Assembly: GCA_900769795.1 (NCBI GenBank)
Contig: CAAGHZ010000001.1
Coordinates: 25,178 to 89,177, forward strand
From: Clostridia bacterium
GTDB taxonomy: Bacteria > Bacillota > Clostridia > Monoglobales > Monoglobaceae
Length of the DNA stretch: 64,000 nt
Reading direction: 5' to 3'
The notes under the pieces were generated by a model that was not told the origin of the DNA, searched no databases, and worked only from the letters and a program-made list of their open reading frames with translations. Positions 46,754-56,025 of the stretch are shown in pieces. Numbering within the stretch: position 1 is the first letter of the stretch; the number at the start of each line of letters is the position of its first letter. The position numbers and the translations under genes were made by a program.

Positions 46754-48109
46754 TTAGATAATACCCTGTGCCATCATAGCATTTGCAACTTTCTTAAAAC
46801 CTGCAATGTTTGCGCCTGCAACAAGGTCATAGCCAAGACCGCATTCCTCAGCAGCCTCAACTGATGCATTATGAATATTTCTCATAATGCCCTTAAGTTT
46901 TTCATCAACTTCTTCTGCTTCCCATGCGTATCTCATAGAGTTCTGCGCCATCTCAAGAGCAGAAACTGCAACGCCGCCGGCGTTAACTGCCTTTGAAGGA
47001 CCAATGATAAGACCCTTGCTGCGGAGGAACGCCATAGCCTCATTTGTGGTAGGCATATTAGCAACCTCGATATAGTATTTTGTACCATTTGCAAGAATCT
47101 GCTCTGCTTCTTTCATGCCGATTTCATTCTGAGTTGCACAAGGCATGCAAATGTCAACCTTTACGCCCCATGGCTTTTCACCGGCATGGAACTCGCAACC
47201 AAACTTCTCAGCATAATCCTGAGCGCGGTCACGTCCTGATGATCTCATCTCAAGAAGATAATTGAACTTCTCTTCAGTTGCAACACCATCGGGATCATAT
47301 ACATAACCGTCAGGACCTGAAATAGTAACAACCTTTGCGCCGAGTTCTGTCATCTTCATACATACGCCCCAAGCAACGTTACCAAAGCCTGAAACTGCAA
47401 CAGTCTTACCCTCTAAGGTGTCGCCCTCGTGCTTCATAACCTCGTTTGCATAGTATGTAGCACCAAAACCTGTAGCCTCAGGTCTGATGAGAGAGCCGCC
47501 GTATTCAAGGCCTTTACCTGTGAGAACACCATTCTCCCAGCCGCCTCTGATTCTCTTATACTGACCATAGAGGAAGCCGATTTCTCTTCCGCCAACACCG
47601 ATATCACCTGCAGGAACGTCAATATCCTGACCGATATGTCTGTAAAGTTCTGTCATAAATGCCTGACAGAATCTCATGATTTCTGCATCACTCTTACCTC
47701 TTGGATCAAAGTCAGAACCACCCTTACCGCCGCCGATAGGAAGACCTGTAAGGCTGTTTTTAAATGTCTGCTCAAAGCCAAGGAACTTAATAATACCTGA
47801 GTATACTGACGGATGGAAACGCAAGCCACCCTTATAAGGACCAATTGCACTGTTGAACTGTACGCGGTAACCTCTGTTTACCTGAATCTTACCATTGTCA
47901 TCAACCCATGATACTCTGAAAGTAATCATTCTCTCGGGCTCAACGATTCTCTCCATAAGCCCAACCTTCTCGTACTCAGGATGACGCTCTACGATAGTCT
48001 CGAGAGATTCAAAAACCTCTTCAACTGTCTGGAGGAACTCAGGTTCATTCTTGTCTCTTGCCTGAACTTGTTCAAACACACGCTTGAGATACTCATTCTT
48101 AATTGCCAT
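46754..48109 (-). CDS. gdhA: NADP-specific glutamate dehydrogenase
   Basis: 451 aa. Catalytic-lysine region LPIGGGKGGSDFDPRGKS. Confidence 0.95.
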   Translation of the reverse strand: MAIKNEYLKRVFEQVQARDKNEPEFLQTVEEVFESLETIVERHPEYEKVGLMERIVEPERMITFRVSWVDDNGKIQVNRGYRVQFNSAIGPYKGGLRFHPSVYSGIIKFLGFEQTFKNSLTGLPIGGGKGGSDFDPRGKSDAEIMRFCQAFMTELYRHIGQDIDVPAGDIGVGGREIGFLYGQYKRIRGGWENGVLTGKGLEYGGSLIRPEATGFGATYYANEVMKHEGDTLEGKTVAVSGFGNVAWGVCMKMTELGAKVVTISGPDGYVYDPDGVATEEKFNYLLEMRSSGRDRAQDYAEKFGCEFHAGEKPWGVKVDICMPCATQNEIGMKEAEQILANGTKYYIEVANMPTTNEAMAFLRSKGLIIGPSKAVNAGGVAVSALEMAQNSMRYAWEAEEVDEKLKGIMRNIHNASVEAAEECGLGYDLVAGANIAGFKKVANAMMAQGII

Positions 48110-48153
48110 TTAAAAAGACTCCTTTTTTCCTGCATATACAGGTTTATATAAAT

Positions 48154-49551
48154 TTAATTTTTTTGCTTAATATATTCATCTATGGCAGATGCAGCAGATT
48201 TACCCGCTCCCATTGCCAAAATTACTGTTGCGGCACCTGTTACAACATCGCCGCCTGCCCAAACACCTTGCTTGCTGGTCTTGCCGGTATCGTCAAGAGC
48301 AACTATACATCCCCACTTGTTTGTCTCAAGATCGGGAGTTGTATCCTTGATAAGCGGGTTCGGGCTTTGTCCAATCGCTATAACAACAGCGTCTGCATCT
48401 ATCATAAACTCGCTGCCCTCAACTGCTTGCGGACGGCGACGTCCCGATTCGTCAGGCTCGCCAAGTTCCATGCGAACGCACTCAACCTGTTTTGTCCAGC
48501 CGTCCTCTGTGCCGAGAATCCTTGTAGGGTTACAAAGAAGACAGAAGTTTATACCCTCTTCTTTTGCATGGTGGATTTCTTCAAGTCTTGCAGGCATCTC
48601 TTCTTCGCTTCTTCTGTAAACAATGCTTACATTCTCCGCTCCGAGACGCTTTGCGCTTCTCGCCGCATCCATAGCAACATTACCGCCACCAACTATAACA
48701 ACATTTTTGCCTATATAAATAGGTGTGTCAAAATCAGGGAAACGATAAGCCTTCATAAGATTTATACGAGTCAGAAATTCATTTGCAGAATACACACCGT
48801 TGAGGTCCTCGCCTTCTATCTTCATGAAACTTGGAAGACCCGCTCCGGTACCTACAAATACTGCGTCAAAACCTTCTTCTGTCAAAAGTTCATCTATCGA
48901 CAACACCTTGCCGATAACCATATCTGTGTGTATCTCTACACCGAGATTTTCAAGCTTTGAAATCTCTGCCTTTACAATATCCTTAGGCAGACGGAACTCA
49001 GGGATTCCATACACCAAAACTCCGCCGGGAGTATGAAATGCCTCAAAAATCGAAACCTTGTATCCCATCTTCGCAAGGTCTCCTGCACAGGTAAGCCCTG
49101 CCGGCCCTGCGCCTACAACCGCAACTTTCTTACCGTTGGGTTCCGGCTTTTCTGTCTTGGCATTACAATTTGCCATATACCAGTCTGCAACAAATCTTTC
49201 AAGTCTGCCGATGGCAACAGGCTCACCCTTGATGCCTCTTACGCAGTACTTCTCGCACTGACTCTCCTGAGGGCAAACCCTTCCGCAAACTGCAGGGAGA
49301 GAACTTGTCTCCTGAATCTTATGGTAAGCATCTTCAAACTTACCATCAGCCACAAGCGCAATAAATTCAGGGATTTTTACAAACACAGGACAACCGCCGA
49401 TGCAAGGCTTGTGCTTACACTGAAGACAACGCTCCGCCTCTTCTATTGCCATTTCCTCGGTGTATCCTGTCGCAACTTCTAAAAAATTTTTATTTCTCAC
49501 ATCTGGTTCCTGCTCAGGCATAGGGACCTTGTTTAATGACATATTAGGCAT
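48154..49551 (-). CDS. nfnB: GltD-like FAD/NAD(P)H oxidoreductase with 4Fe-4S clusters (NfnB/SudA type)
   Basis: 465 aa. Motifs CLQCKHKPCIGGCPV and VAVVGAGPAGL. GGAGAG lies 7 nt before the ATG at 49551, overlapping the upstream stop. Confidence 0.8.
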   Translation of the reverse strand: MPNMSLNKVPMPEQEPDVRNKNFLEVATGYTEEMAIEEAERCLQCKHKPCIGGCPVFVKIPEFIALVADGKFEDAYHKIQETSSLPAVCGRVCPQESQCEKYCVRGIKGEPVAIGRLERFVADWYMANCNAKTEKPEPNGKKVAVVGAGPAGLTCAGDLAKMGYKVSIFEAFHTPGGVLVYGIPEFRLPKDIVKAEISKLENLGVEIHTDMVIGKVLSIDELLTEEGFDAVFVGTGAGLPSFMKIEGEDLNGVYSANEFLTRINLMKAYRFPDFDTPIYIGKNVVIVGGGNVAMDAARSAKRLGAENVSIVYRRSEEEMPARLEEIHHAKEEGINFCLLCNPTRILGTEDGWTKQVECVRMELGEPDESGRRRPQAVEGSEFMIDADAVVIAIGQSPNPLIKDTTPDLETNKWGCIVALDDTGKTSKQGVWAGGDVVTGAATVILAMGAGKSAASAIDEYIKQKN

Positions 49552-50389
49552 TGTTCATTCTCTCCATTTTGCACCTGTGATTTTCTCTTGATACTCCTTC
49601 TTCCTTTGAGAACATCCTGGATCTGCGTATAGCCTGATCAAAATCAACAAGATGTCCGTCAAAATCAGGGCCATCCACGCAGGCAAACTTTGTCTCTCCG
49701 CCAACAGTTACGCGACATCCGCCGCACATACCTGTTCCGTCTATCATGACAGGGTTCATACTTACTATTGTTTTGATTCCATACTCACGTGTAAGGTCGC
49801 AGACAGCCTTCATCATTACAAGAGGGCCGATTGCAACTACAACATCGTATTTCCTGCCTGCCTTGATTAACTCTTCAAGTTTGGCAGTAACAAAACCTTT
49901 GTTTCCGTTTGAGCCGTCATCTGTCATGGTGTAGAGATTAGTGCACGCTGCGCGACACTCATCTTCAATAATAACAAAATCTTTGTTTCTGAATCCATTT
50001 ATCATATCGACCTCTACTCCCATAGAGTGAAGTTTCTTAGCCTGCGGATATGCAATCGCTGTGCCGAGGCCACCACCGATAATTGCTGCAGTCTTGACAT
50101 CCTCAAAATGAGATGCCTTCCCAAGAGGTCCGACAAAGTCAAGAAGGGCGTCGCCTGCCTCAAGCTTGTTAAGCCTTTCGGTAGTCGCACCCACAACCTG
50201 GAAAATAATTGTTATTGTTCCGGTTTCTCTGTTATAATCTGCTATGGTAAAAGGTACTCTCTCACCCTTTTCATCGATTCTCAGAATAATAAACTGTCCG
50301 GGTTCTGCCTTCTTTGCAATGTATGGCGCATCAACTTCAATCAAAGATACATATGGATTGAGCTCTTGCTTTCTTACTATCTTGTACAA
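49544..50389 (-). CDS. nfnA: PyrK-like FAD/2Fe-2S ferredoxin-NADP reductase subunit (NfnA/SudB type)
   Basis: C-terminal 2Fe-2S loop DGTGMCGGCRV. The TTG at 50389 (LYKIVRKQEL) lies 7 nt after GAAAGGGG. The track ATG at 50452 is overlapped by a TATAAT hexamer and has no ribosome-binding site. Confidence 0.8.
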   Translation of the reverse strand: MYKIVRKQELNPYVSLIEVDAPYIAKKAEPGQFIILRIDEKGERVPFTIADYNRETGTITIIFQVVGATTERLNKLEAGDALLDFVGPLGKASHFEDVKTAAIIGGGLGTAIAYPQAKKLHSMGVEVDMINGFRNKDFVIIEDECRAACTNLYTMTDDGSNGNKGFVTAKLEELIKAGRKYDVVVAIGPLVMMKAVCDLTREYGIKTIVSMNPVMIDGTGMCGGCRVTVGGETKFACVDGPDFDGHLVDFDQAIRRSRMFSKEEGVSRENHRCKMERMNNA

Positions 50390-50545
50390 TTCTATACCCC
50401 TTTCACATACATTATTGCAAAACGTTGCTCTACACTTACGAAAATTTCCCATTATACTACAACTAATTTATTTTATCACAAAAAGCCGAAAAAGGCAAGT
50501 TTTTTATGCTATTCATGTAATATTTATAAAATTTACTCAAAATAT

Positions 50546-51559
50546 TTATTTTACAAGTTCCGCAAGATAAAGTTCGACCGCCGTCCATGCCGAAATTCTG
50601 CCTTGTTTATACTCTACATCGTAGTACAACCCCTTGTCTATCATCCTCTTGAGGTACTTTTCTCCAAACATGCGGCTCTCTTCTATTGTTTTATTCACCG
50701 CGAAGGTTGGCTTCTTAAAATCAAAATACGTCGATATCTCATTTACAGACAAGCCGTCTTCTTTAAGTAGTTTGCACATCAGAAGCTCAGACAACCTGGA
50801 CATCATAAGGCCAAGAATATATGTCGGATCTTCTCTTGCAACATCACGCAGGTATTTTAACTGTTCAAACGCTTTTGTCCCACGCCCCGACACTACATTG
50901 TCAAGCATATCATAAACTCTGTACTCCACCGTCTTATCAACCACTGCATCTATATCGTCGCGGGTTACCTTCATCCTCTCGGCAGTATAGTTTATAAGTT
51001 TTTCGCTTTCTTTGGACAACTTACCGAGAGACTGCCCACAAAGGCTTATCATATAGCGTATATCTTTTTCGATAATACTCTTCTCTGCCTTTTTAAAGAC
51101 CTCTGTCAGCCATATCTCTATTTTGTTTACAGGTAAGTATTCAAAGTTTACAATTCCACCGTTTTCTTCTATAAATTCAATATTCTTCAGTTTTTTCTTA
51201 TCAAAACTGTGCTCCACAATTATAAGACAAGTGTCGGCAGGGATATGCTCTGCCGCACTTTTGAGCAGTTTGAAATCGGAGAGGACCGCATTGTTGAGAA
51301 TACCCGTGTTTTTGACCAGCACCAACTTCATCTCCGACATCTGCGGAAACTGATCAACCGCCGCAAGCACATCGGCAAACGACGTCTTTTCGCCCTCAAA
51401 TTTAAACAGGTTAAAAGCCTCTGTTCCGGGGGTAATAATCTTTTTCTCTATTGCCTCAAGTTTCTTTTCAAGAAGATATTGTTCCTCTCCATAGAAGAAG
51501 TATATCCCGGATAAACTTCCCTTTTTTATAAGTCCGTTCAAATCTTCAACTCTCATCAA
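50546..51559 (-). CDS. holA: DNA polymerase III delta subunit
   Basis: 337 aa. N-terminal IYFFYGEEQYLL is typical of HolA, and the comEC-holA synteny is conserved. Confidence 0.85.
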   Translation of the reverse strand: MMRVEDLNGLIKKGSLSGIYFFYGEEQYLLEKKLEAIEKKIITPGTEAFNLFKFEGEKTSFADVLAAVDQFPQMSEMKLVLVKNTGILNNAVLSDFKLLKSAAEHIPADTCLIIVEHSFDKKKLKNIEFIEENGGIVNFEYLPVNKIEIWLTEVFKKAEKSIIEKDIRYMISLCGQSLGKLSKESEKLINYTAERMKVTRDDIDAVVDKTVEYRVYDMLDNVVSGRGTKAFEQLKYLRDVAREDPTYILGLMMSRLSELLMCKLLKEDGLSVNEISTYFDFKKPTFAVNKTIEESRMFGEKYLKRMIDKGLYYDVEYKQGRISAWTAVELYLAELVK

Positions 51560-52437
51560 CCCTCACTCCTTTCCCGACTACCGCTTATATTTCTTACGTC
51601 ATCTTCTGTCATAATTATAGAAATCGTCCCATCCAGGTCTGTGCGCATAACAGGAATTTCAAGTCCTTCCAAAATCGTCATAGTTTGCTTTGACGGATGC
51701 CCGTATTTGTTGTCCTCTCCTACACTTACAACAGCCATCATAGGGCTGACTGCATCTATAAACTCCTTCCCCGACGAGGTATAAGAGCCATGATGCCCTA
51801 CCTTTAAAAAGTCTGTATCTATGTCGGCCTCTCTCAAAATCTGAGTTTCCTGACGTCTTGTAGCATCCCCCGTGAAGAGAAAAGAGTTTTCTCCATAATC
51901 CATTCTTATCACAAGAGAATTCTCGTTCTCGTTCTTGTTACTTCCTAAACCTTTATACCCCGATGACACCACTCTAAATATCATGTCGTCAAGTTCTATC
52001 ACATCATCCTCAGAAAGAGCAACAACCTCTGTGCCGTTATCATCAGCAAGACCTTTTATCTTATCGTATCCACCGGCATCTGCTGCACAATCTGACACAT
52101 AAATCGTTTTAATAGGATAATCTTCTTCCATAAGTTCCTTTATCCCCGTTGTATGATCATCATGAATATGGGATATAAATACTGCATCAAGTTTAAGTGC
52201 CGCATTCTTTTTCAAAAAATATTTCAGGGTATACTTGCCCGCGCCTTTATCTCCGCCATCAATCAAAATATTTCCTCCGCCATCTGTCTTGATAAAACAT
52301 GCGTCTCCCTGACCCACGTCCACAAAACAAACCTCTGCAAATCCGCAGTCAATAAATGTAAGATATGAGGCATAAAGCGAAAGCACTATGGCAACCACCC
52401 ATAGTATCACAACTGTGTTTCTTCTCTTTTTGCTCAC
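51556..52437 (-). CDS. ComEC/Rec2-related protein reduced to one TM segment plus the metallo-beta-lactamase domain
   Basis: 293 aa. Motifs VDVGQGDA, HxHxDH (FISHIHDDHTTG) and VGHHGS. An ATGA overlap couples it to holA. Confidence 0.75.
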   Translation of the reverse strand: MSKKRRNTVVILWVVAIVLSLYASYLTFIDCGFAEVCFVDVGQGDACFIKTDGGGNILIDGGDKGAGKYTLKYFLKKNAALKLDAVFISHIHDDHTTGIKELMEEDYPIKTIYVSDCAADAGGYDKIKGLADDNGTEVVALSEDDVIELDDMIFRVVSSGYKGLGSNKNENENSLVIRMDYGENSFLFTGDATRRQETQILREADIDTDFLKVGHHGSYTSSGKEFIDAVSPMMAVVSVGEDNKYGHPSKQTMTILEGLEIPVMRTDLDGTISIIMTEDDVRNISGSRERSEG

Positions 52438-52463
52438 ATCCTACACCCCCTGTAATTTTTGTT

Positions 52464-53723
52464 TTACCCAAGCATCCCAATTACATAAGCTGCCATGGTC
52501 TTTGTATAATCTACAAGTTTATCACACTCAATAAACTCATTGGGCTGGTGGGCACCGCCTTTTTCAGAGAAATCTCTGCCTGCTCCAAATCCAAAAGCAC
52601 GACTGCTGCCATATTTTGAAATCACAGACAAGTCAGACAGGCACGACCCACACACAATAGGCTCTGTCCCCGTTGCCTCATTTGATGCATCAAGCATCAA
52701 CTTTACATCCTCACTATCCGGCTCGCAGAAAACATAATGGAAAAATCGTGTCGCCGGCTCAAAACCATCCCCGATTATACCAAGAGGCAAAAGACGCTCC
52801 TTGATTTCTGCGTCGATTGCTTCAAACTCTGCATATATCTCTTCTTTGGTCTTATCTGTATAAAATACAAAATACACCTCACCGATACCAAGGTCGGCCC
52901 CTGCGTTTCCTGCTTTTACGCCCATATACCTCAGGGATGTGTGGGGGATTACAGTACCCTTATAAAACCTGTTTTCTTCGAGTTCTCTCGCTCTGTTTTG
53001 CGCAAACTTTTCTATTACCTCAATAATAACCGGGATTGCCATAGCAGCAGTTTTTGCGCTGTCAACAGTTTCTTTTGTGTGGAATATATATTTCATCTCT
53101 CCACCACCGCTGCCGCAATGCCATATCTGCCCCGCTCTTCCATCGGCGCTTACTATATGGTTGCATGGATATTTTGTTACTGCCGCCAACGCCCCGTGAG
53201 AGCCACCGTACTCCTCGTCGCTGTATGCCGCAAATAGCAAGTTTGCATTAGGCTCAAACCCCGCTTCCTTCAGGATTTTTATAATAAACAGGATTGCCGC
53301 AATAGCGTATTTATCATCACATGCACCACGCCCAAAAATCTTTCCGTCTTTGATTGCACCGCTGAGGGGATCATCATCCCAATTTGCAATATCACCAATT
53401 TTAACCGTATCACTGTGAGCCATAAGCATAAGCTCGTCCCTGTCCTCTACGCCTCTCCATCTTGCAACAACATTGTATCTGTTCTCAAGGTTTCTGCCCG
53501 GCATATAATCAGGATGTTTATCAAACCCATCTATATCAATGGGCGAAAACAAGTCACTCTCAAGACCCAAATCCTGACACAATTTATGTATGTATCTTGC
53601 GCACTCTTCCTCGTTGCCATAATCGCCAAAACTTTCTGAGTTTATTTTTATAAGTGCCGAGAGCATCTCAAAGAGATCTTCTTTTCTTTCTTCTACCTTT
53701 TTGCATATTTCTTTGATTTCCAT
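52464..53723 (-). CDS. M20-family metallopeptidase (ArgE/DapE/ACY1 type)
   Basis: 419 aa. Motifs LMAHSDTV, GRGACDDK and YSDEEYGG. Confidence 0.8.
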   Translation of the reverse strand: MEIKEICKKVEERKEDLFEMLSALIKINSESFGDYGNEEECARYIHKLCQDLGLESDLFSPIDIDGFDKHPDYMPGRNLENRYNVVARWRGVEDRDELMLMAHSDTVKIGDIANWDDDPLSGAIKDGKIFGRGACDDKYAIAAILFIIKILKEAGFEPNANLLFAAYSDEEYGGSHGALAAVTKYPCNHIVSADGRAGQIWHCGSGGGEMKYIFHTKETVDSAKTAAMAIPVIIEVIEKFAQNRARELEENRFYKGTVIPHTSLRYMGVKAGNAGADLGIGEVYFVFYTDKTKEEIYAEFEAIDAEIKERLLPLGIIGDGFEPATRFFHYVFCEPDSEDVKLMLDASNEATGTEPIVCGSCLSDLSVISKYGSSRAFGFGAGRDFSEKGGAHQPNEFIECDKLVDYTKTMAAYVIGMLG

Positions 53724-53840
53724 TTTAATTCTCCTTTTTGTCAGTAGAGTTCAGTATTTTTATAGTTCGTGTCAAGTTGGTACTAAAATTTATCCTAATT
53801 CAGCCCAATATTTTTGCGCATAGTAATTATATCACAAACA

Positions 53841-53870
53841 TAAAAAAATGACAACCCAAAGGGTTGTCAT
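53841..53870 (-). terminator. Intrinsic terminator ending the locus B operon
   Basis: A 10-bp stem (ATGACAACCC/GGGTTGTCAT) with a 3-nt loop, followed on the minus strand by T7. Confidence 0.8.
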
Positions 53871-53897
53871 TTAATCACCTTATTTTATTTTCGTCTC

Positions 53898-55142
53898 TTA
53901 GTATCTGCTCTCCTGTACATCTTCAATCTCATACACAATCGCATCCTCGGCGTTTTCAAACTCAAGTTTAATGATTATAACCTCAGAGCAGATGCGGTTA
54001 ACCGGGATTTTGTTTATGTGAAACACAGGGTCGTTCTTCTTTCCTTTTTCGTACAGTGTAGGCATCTTATCCATAGATATTTCAAGTTCTGTTCCGTCAT
54101 TGAGGACACTTGCCCTTGTTGGAAGAGCCTTTATGTTCTTCACAAAAAATCCTGTTGCATCAAGCCCTTTTGAAAAATGAAGATATATAGTATTATCCTT
54201 TTTTGTTGAAAGAAACTCTTTTTCAGATACCCATTTACAACTGTACGGCTCTGCAAAAAGAGCCTCTCTTACACGCTTGTACCAATCCCCCACCAACAAA
54301 AGCGACTCCCTCGCCACCTCAGGAATAACACCGTTTTCGTCAGGGCCAACGTTTAGCACATAGTTGCCACCCATAGCCATAATTCTGTCTATGGCAGATG
54401 TAAGATAAAGGTTTGAGTAATAGTCCTCGTTCCGTCTGTATCCCCACGCCTGTCGTCCGACAGAATTGCACGCCTCGGTATAAGAATCAAATCTGTTGCC
54501 ATCAGGGACCTCTCTCTCGGGAGTTGAAAAATCGCCGTCGTCGTAGCCTCTGTTGTTTATAAATATGCCGGGCTGAAGTTTTCTTATAAGTTCATTTATC
54601 GAGGCATCACGAGTCTTGGGGGGAATATCCCAAAAGAAACTTTGGATTTTACCATAATTGGTCAACAACTCTGTAACCTGATTTTTTACATACTCAATAT
54701 ACAACGCTTCATTAGGACTATCCCCTTCCTTTGGCTCTGCAAGTTCATGACTTGCGCCAAAGTTCGGATAGTTTGGATGGTGCCAGTCAGGAACCGAGTA
54801 ATACAACGACAAACCTATGCCTGCCTTGTGACACTCTTCTGAAAGTTCTTTTAAAACATCTCTGCCACAAGGAGAGTTAGTTATCTTAAAACCCGTATAC
54901 TTGCTATCCCACATACAAAATCCGTCATGATGCTTTGTGGTAAAACATATGTAGTCCATGCCTGTTTCTTTCGCAAGCTTTACCCACTCTTTTGGATTAT
55001 AACTTTGCGGATTAAACCTGTCTATATAACTTTGATACGCCTTGCTTTCTATGGGATAACGCCATTGCATCTGCTCGTGCCAGCCCTCTATCGCATATAG
55101 CCCCCAATGAACAAACATACCAAATCTTTTTGTCTTAAACAT
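53898..55142 (-). CDS. GH29 alpha-L-fucosidase paralog, no signal peptide
   Basis: Motifs FTTKHHDGFCMWDS and SFFWDIP. The ATG at 55142 lies 7 nt after AAGGAG; the track start at 55166 is a TTG. Confidence 0.85.
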   Translation of the reverse strand: MFKTKRFGMFVHWGLYAIEGWHEQMQWRYPIESKAYQSYIDRFNPQSYNPKEWVKLAKETGMDYICFTTKHHDGFCMWDSKYTGFKITNSPCGRDVLKELSEECHKAGIGLSLYYSVPDWHHPNYPNFGASHELAEPKEGDSPNEALYIEYVKNQVTELLTNYGKIQSFFWDIPPKTRDASINELIRKLQPGIFINNRGYDDGDFSTPEREVPDGNRFDSYTEACNSVGRQAWGYRRNEDYYSNLYLTSAIDRIMAMGGNYVLNVGPDENGVIPEVARESLLLVGDWYKRVREALFAEPYSCKWVSEKEFLSTKKDNTIYLHFSKGLDATGFFVKNIKALPTRASVLNDGTELEISMDKMPTLYEKGKKNDPVFHINKIPVNRICSEVIIIKLEFENAEDAIVYEIEDVQESRY

Positions 55143-55179
55143 ACCTATTCTCCTTATACCCCTCAATTATATACAGACT

Positions 55180-56025
55180 TTATACCCCACTGTATGCAGA
55201 AAATCCTCCATCCACAGGAATAACCGTTCCGTTTACAAAACCCGATGCTTCCTTTGAAACAAGGAACAAAAGAGTTCCTACAAGTTCTTCGGGCTTACCG
55301 AATCTTCCCATTGGTGTTGCAGCAAGAATTTTATCTGTTCTTGGGGTTGGCTCTCCACTCTCTGTGAACAAAAGTTTTTCGTTCTGCTTTGTTACAAAAA
55401 AGCCCGGAGCAATAGCGTTACATCTGATATTTGTCTTTGAAAAATGCACCGCCAGCCACTGCGTAAAGTTTGAGATTGCCGCCTTTGCACCGCTATACGC
55501 AGGAATCTTGGTAAGAGGTGTGTATGCATTCATGCTTGATATATTTATGATGCATGCATCCTCCTTATCTGTCATATCCTTTGCAAAAGCCTGCGTCGGC
55601 AAAAGTGTACCAAGAAAGTTAAGATTAAACACAAACTCTACCCCTGACTTATCAAGGTCGAAAAATGTTTTTACTCCCTCTGCCGCCTCAGGGTCAAAAT
55701 ACTCGCAATCTGTTGTTGCCTTAGGATTATTACCGCCTGCGCCGTTAATCAGAATATCACAAGTGCCAAAATCCTTTATAATTTCCGCACGTGCGTTTTC
55801 TATGCTTTCTTTTTCAAGCACGTTACAAGCATAGCCTTTGGCTATACCGCCATCCTTTACGATTTTGTCCGCATATTCTTTCGCCGCATCAACGTTCAGG
55901 TCTAAAAGTGCTATCTTTGCTCCTGTTTTTGCCATAGCCTGTGCAAACATAGAACAAAGTACGCCACCTGCACCCGTTATAACGCAGACCTTGTTTTTTA
56001 AATCTACTTCAAATGGCAACTTCAT
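55180..56025 (-). CDS. SDR-family oxidoreductase (UxuB/fructuronate-reductase-like by context)
   Basis: 281 aa. Motifs VITGAGGVL and catalytic YSGAKAA. A TAATG overlap couples it to uxuA. Confidence 0.75.
   Translation of the reverse strand: MKLPFEVDLKNKVCVITGAGGVLCSMFAQAMAKTGAKIALLDLNVDAAKEYADKIVKDGGIAKGYACNVLEKESIENARAEIIKDFGTCDILINGAGGNNPKATTDCEYFDPEAAEGVKTFFDLDKSGVEFVFNLNFLGTLLPTQAFAKDMTDKEDACIINISSMNAYTPLTKIPAYSGAKAAISNFTQWLAVHFSKTNIRCNAIAPGFFVTKQNEKLLFTESGEPTPRTDKILAATPMGRFGKPEELVGTLLFLVSKEASGFVNGTVIPVDGGFSAYSGV

Noticed and set aside
46644-46754. A 37-aa Cys-rich extension (CKFRFCGTC...C) on the Nudix protein, starting at a TAATG overlap with gdhA. It could be a zinc-ribbon.
   Set aside because: The internal ATG at 46643 has a well-placed GGAGA, and the resulting protein has the usual Nudix length. 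The extension cannot be fully excluded without proteomics or homolog alignment.
48103-48960. A 285-aa plus-strand ORF.
   Set aside because: It is entirely antisense to the well-supported nfnB gene. It has low-complexity, Cys/Arg-rich composition and no ribosome-binding site.
50390-50452. An upstream ATG start for nfnA (MGNFRKCRATFCNNVCERGIE...).
   Set aside because: It has no ribosome-binding site and a TATAAT hexamer overlaps the ATG. Homologs begin near (M/L)YKIV, and the TTG at 50389 has a strong Shine-Dalgarno sequence.
50027-50770. A 247-aa plus-strand ORF.
   Set aside because: It is antisense to nfnA and holA and spans their intergenic region, with no family resemblance. It is a shadow ORF.
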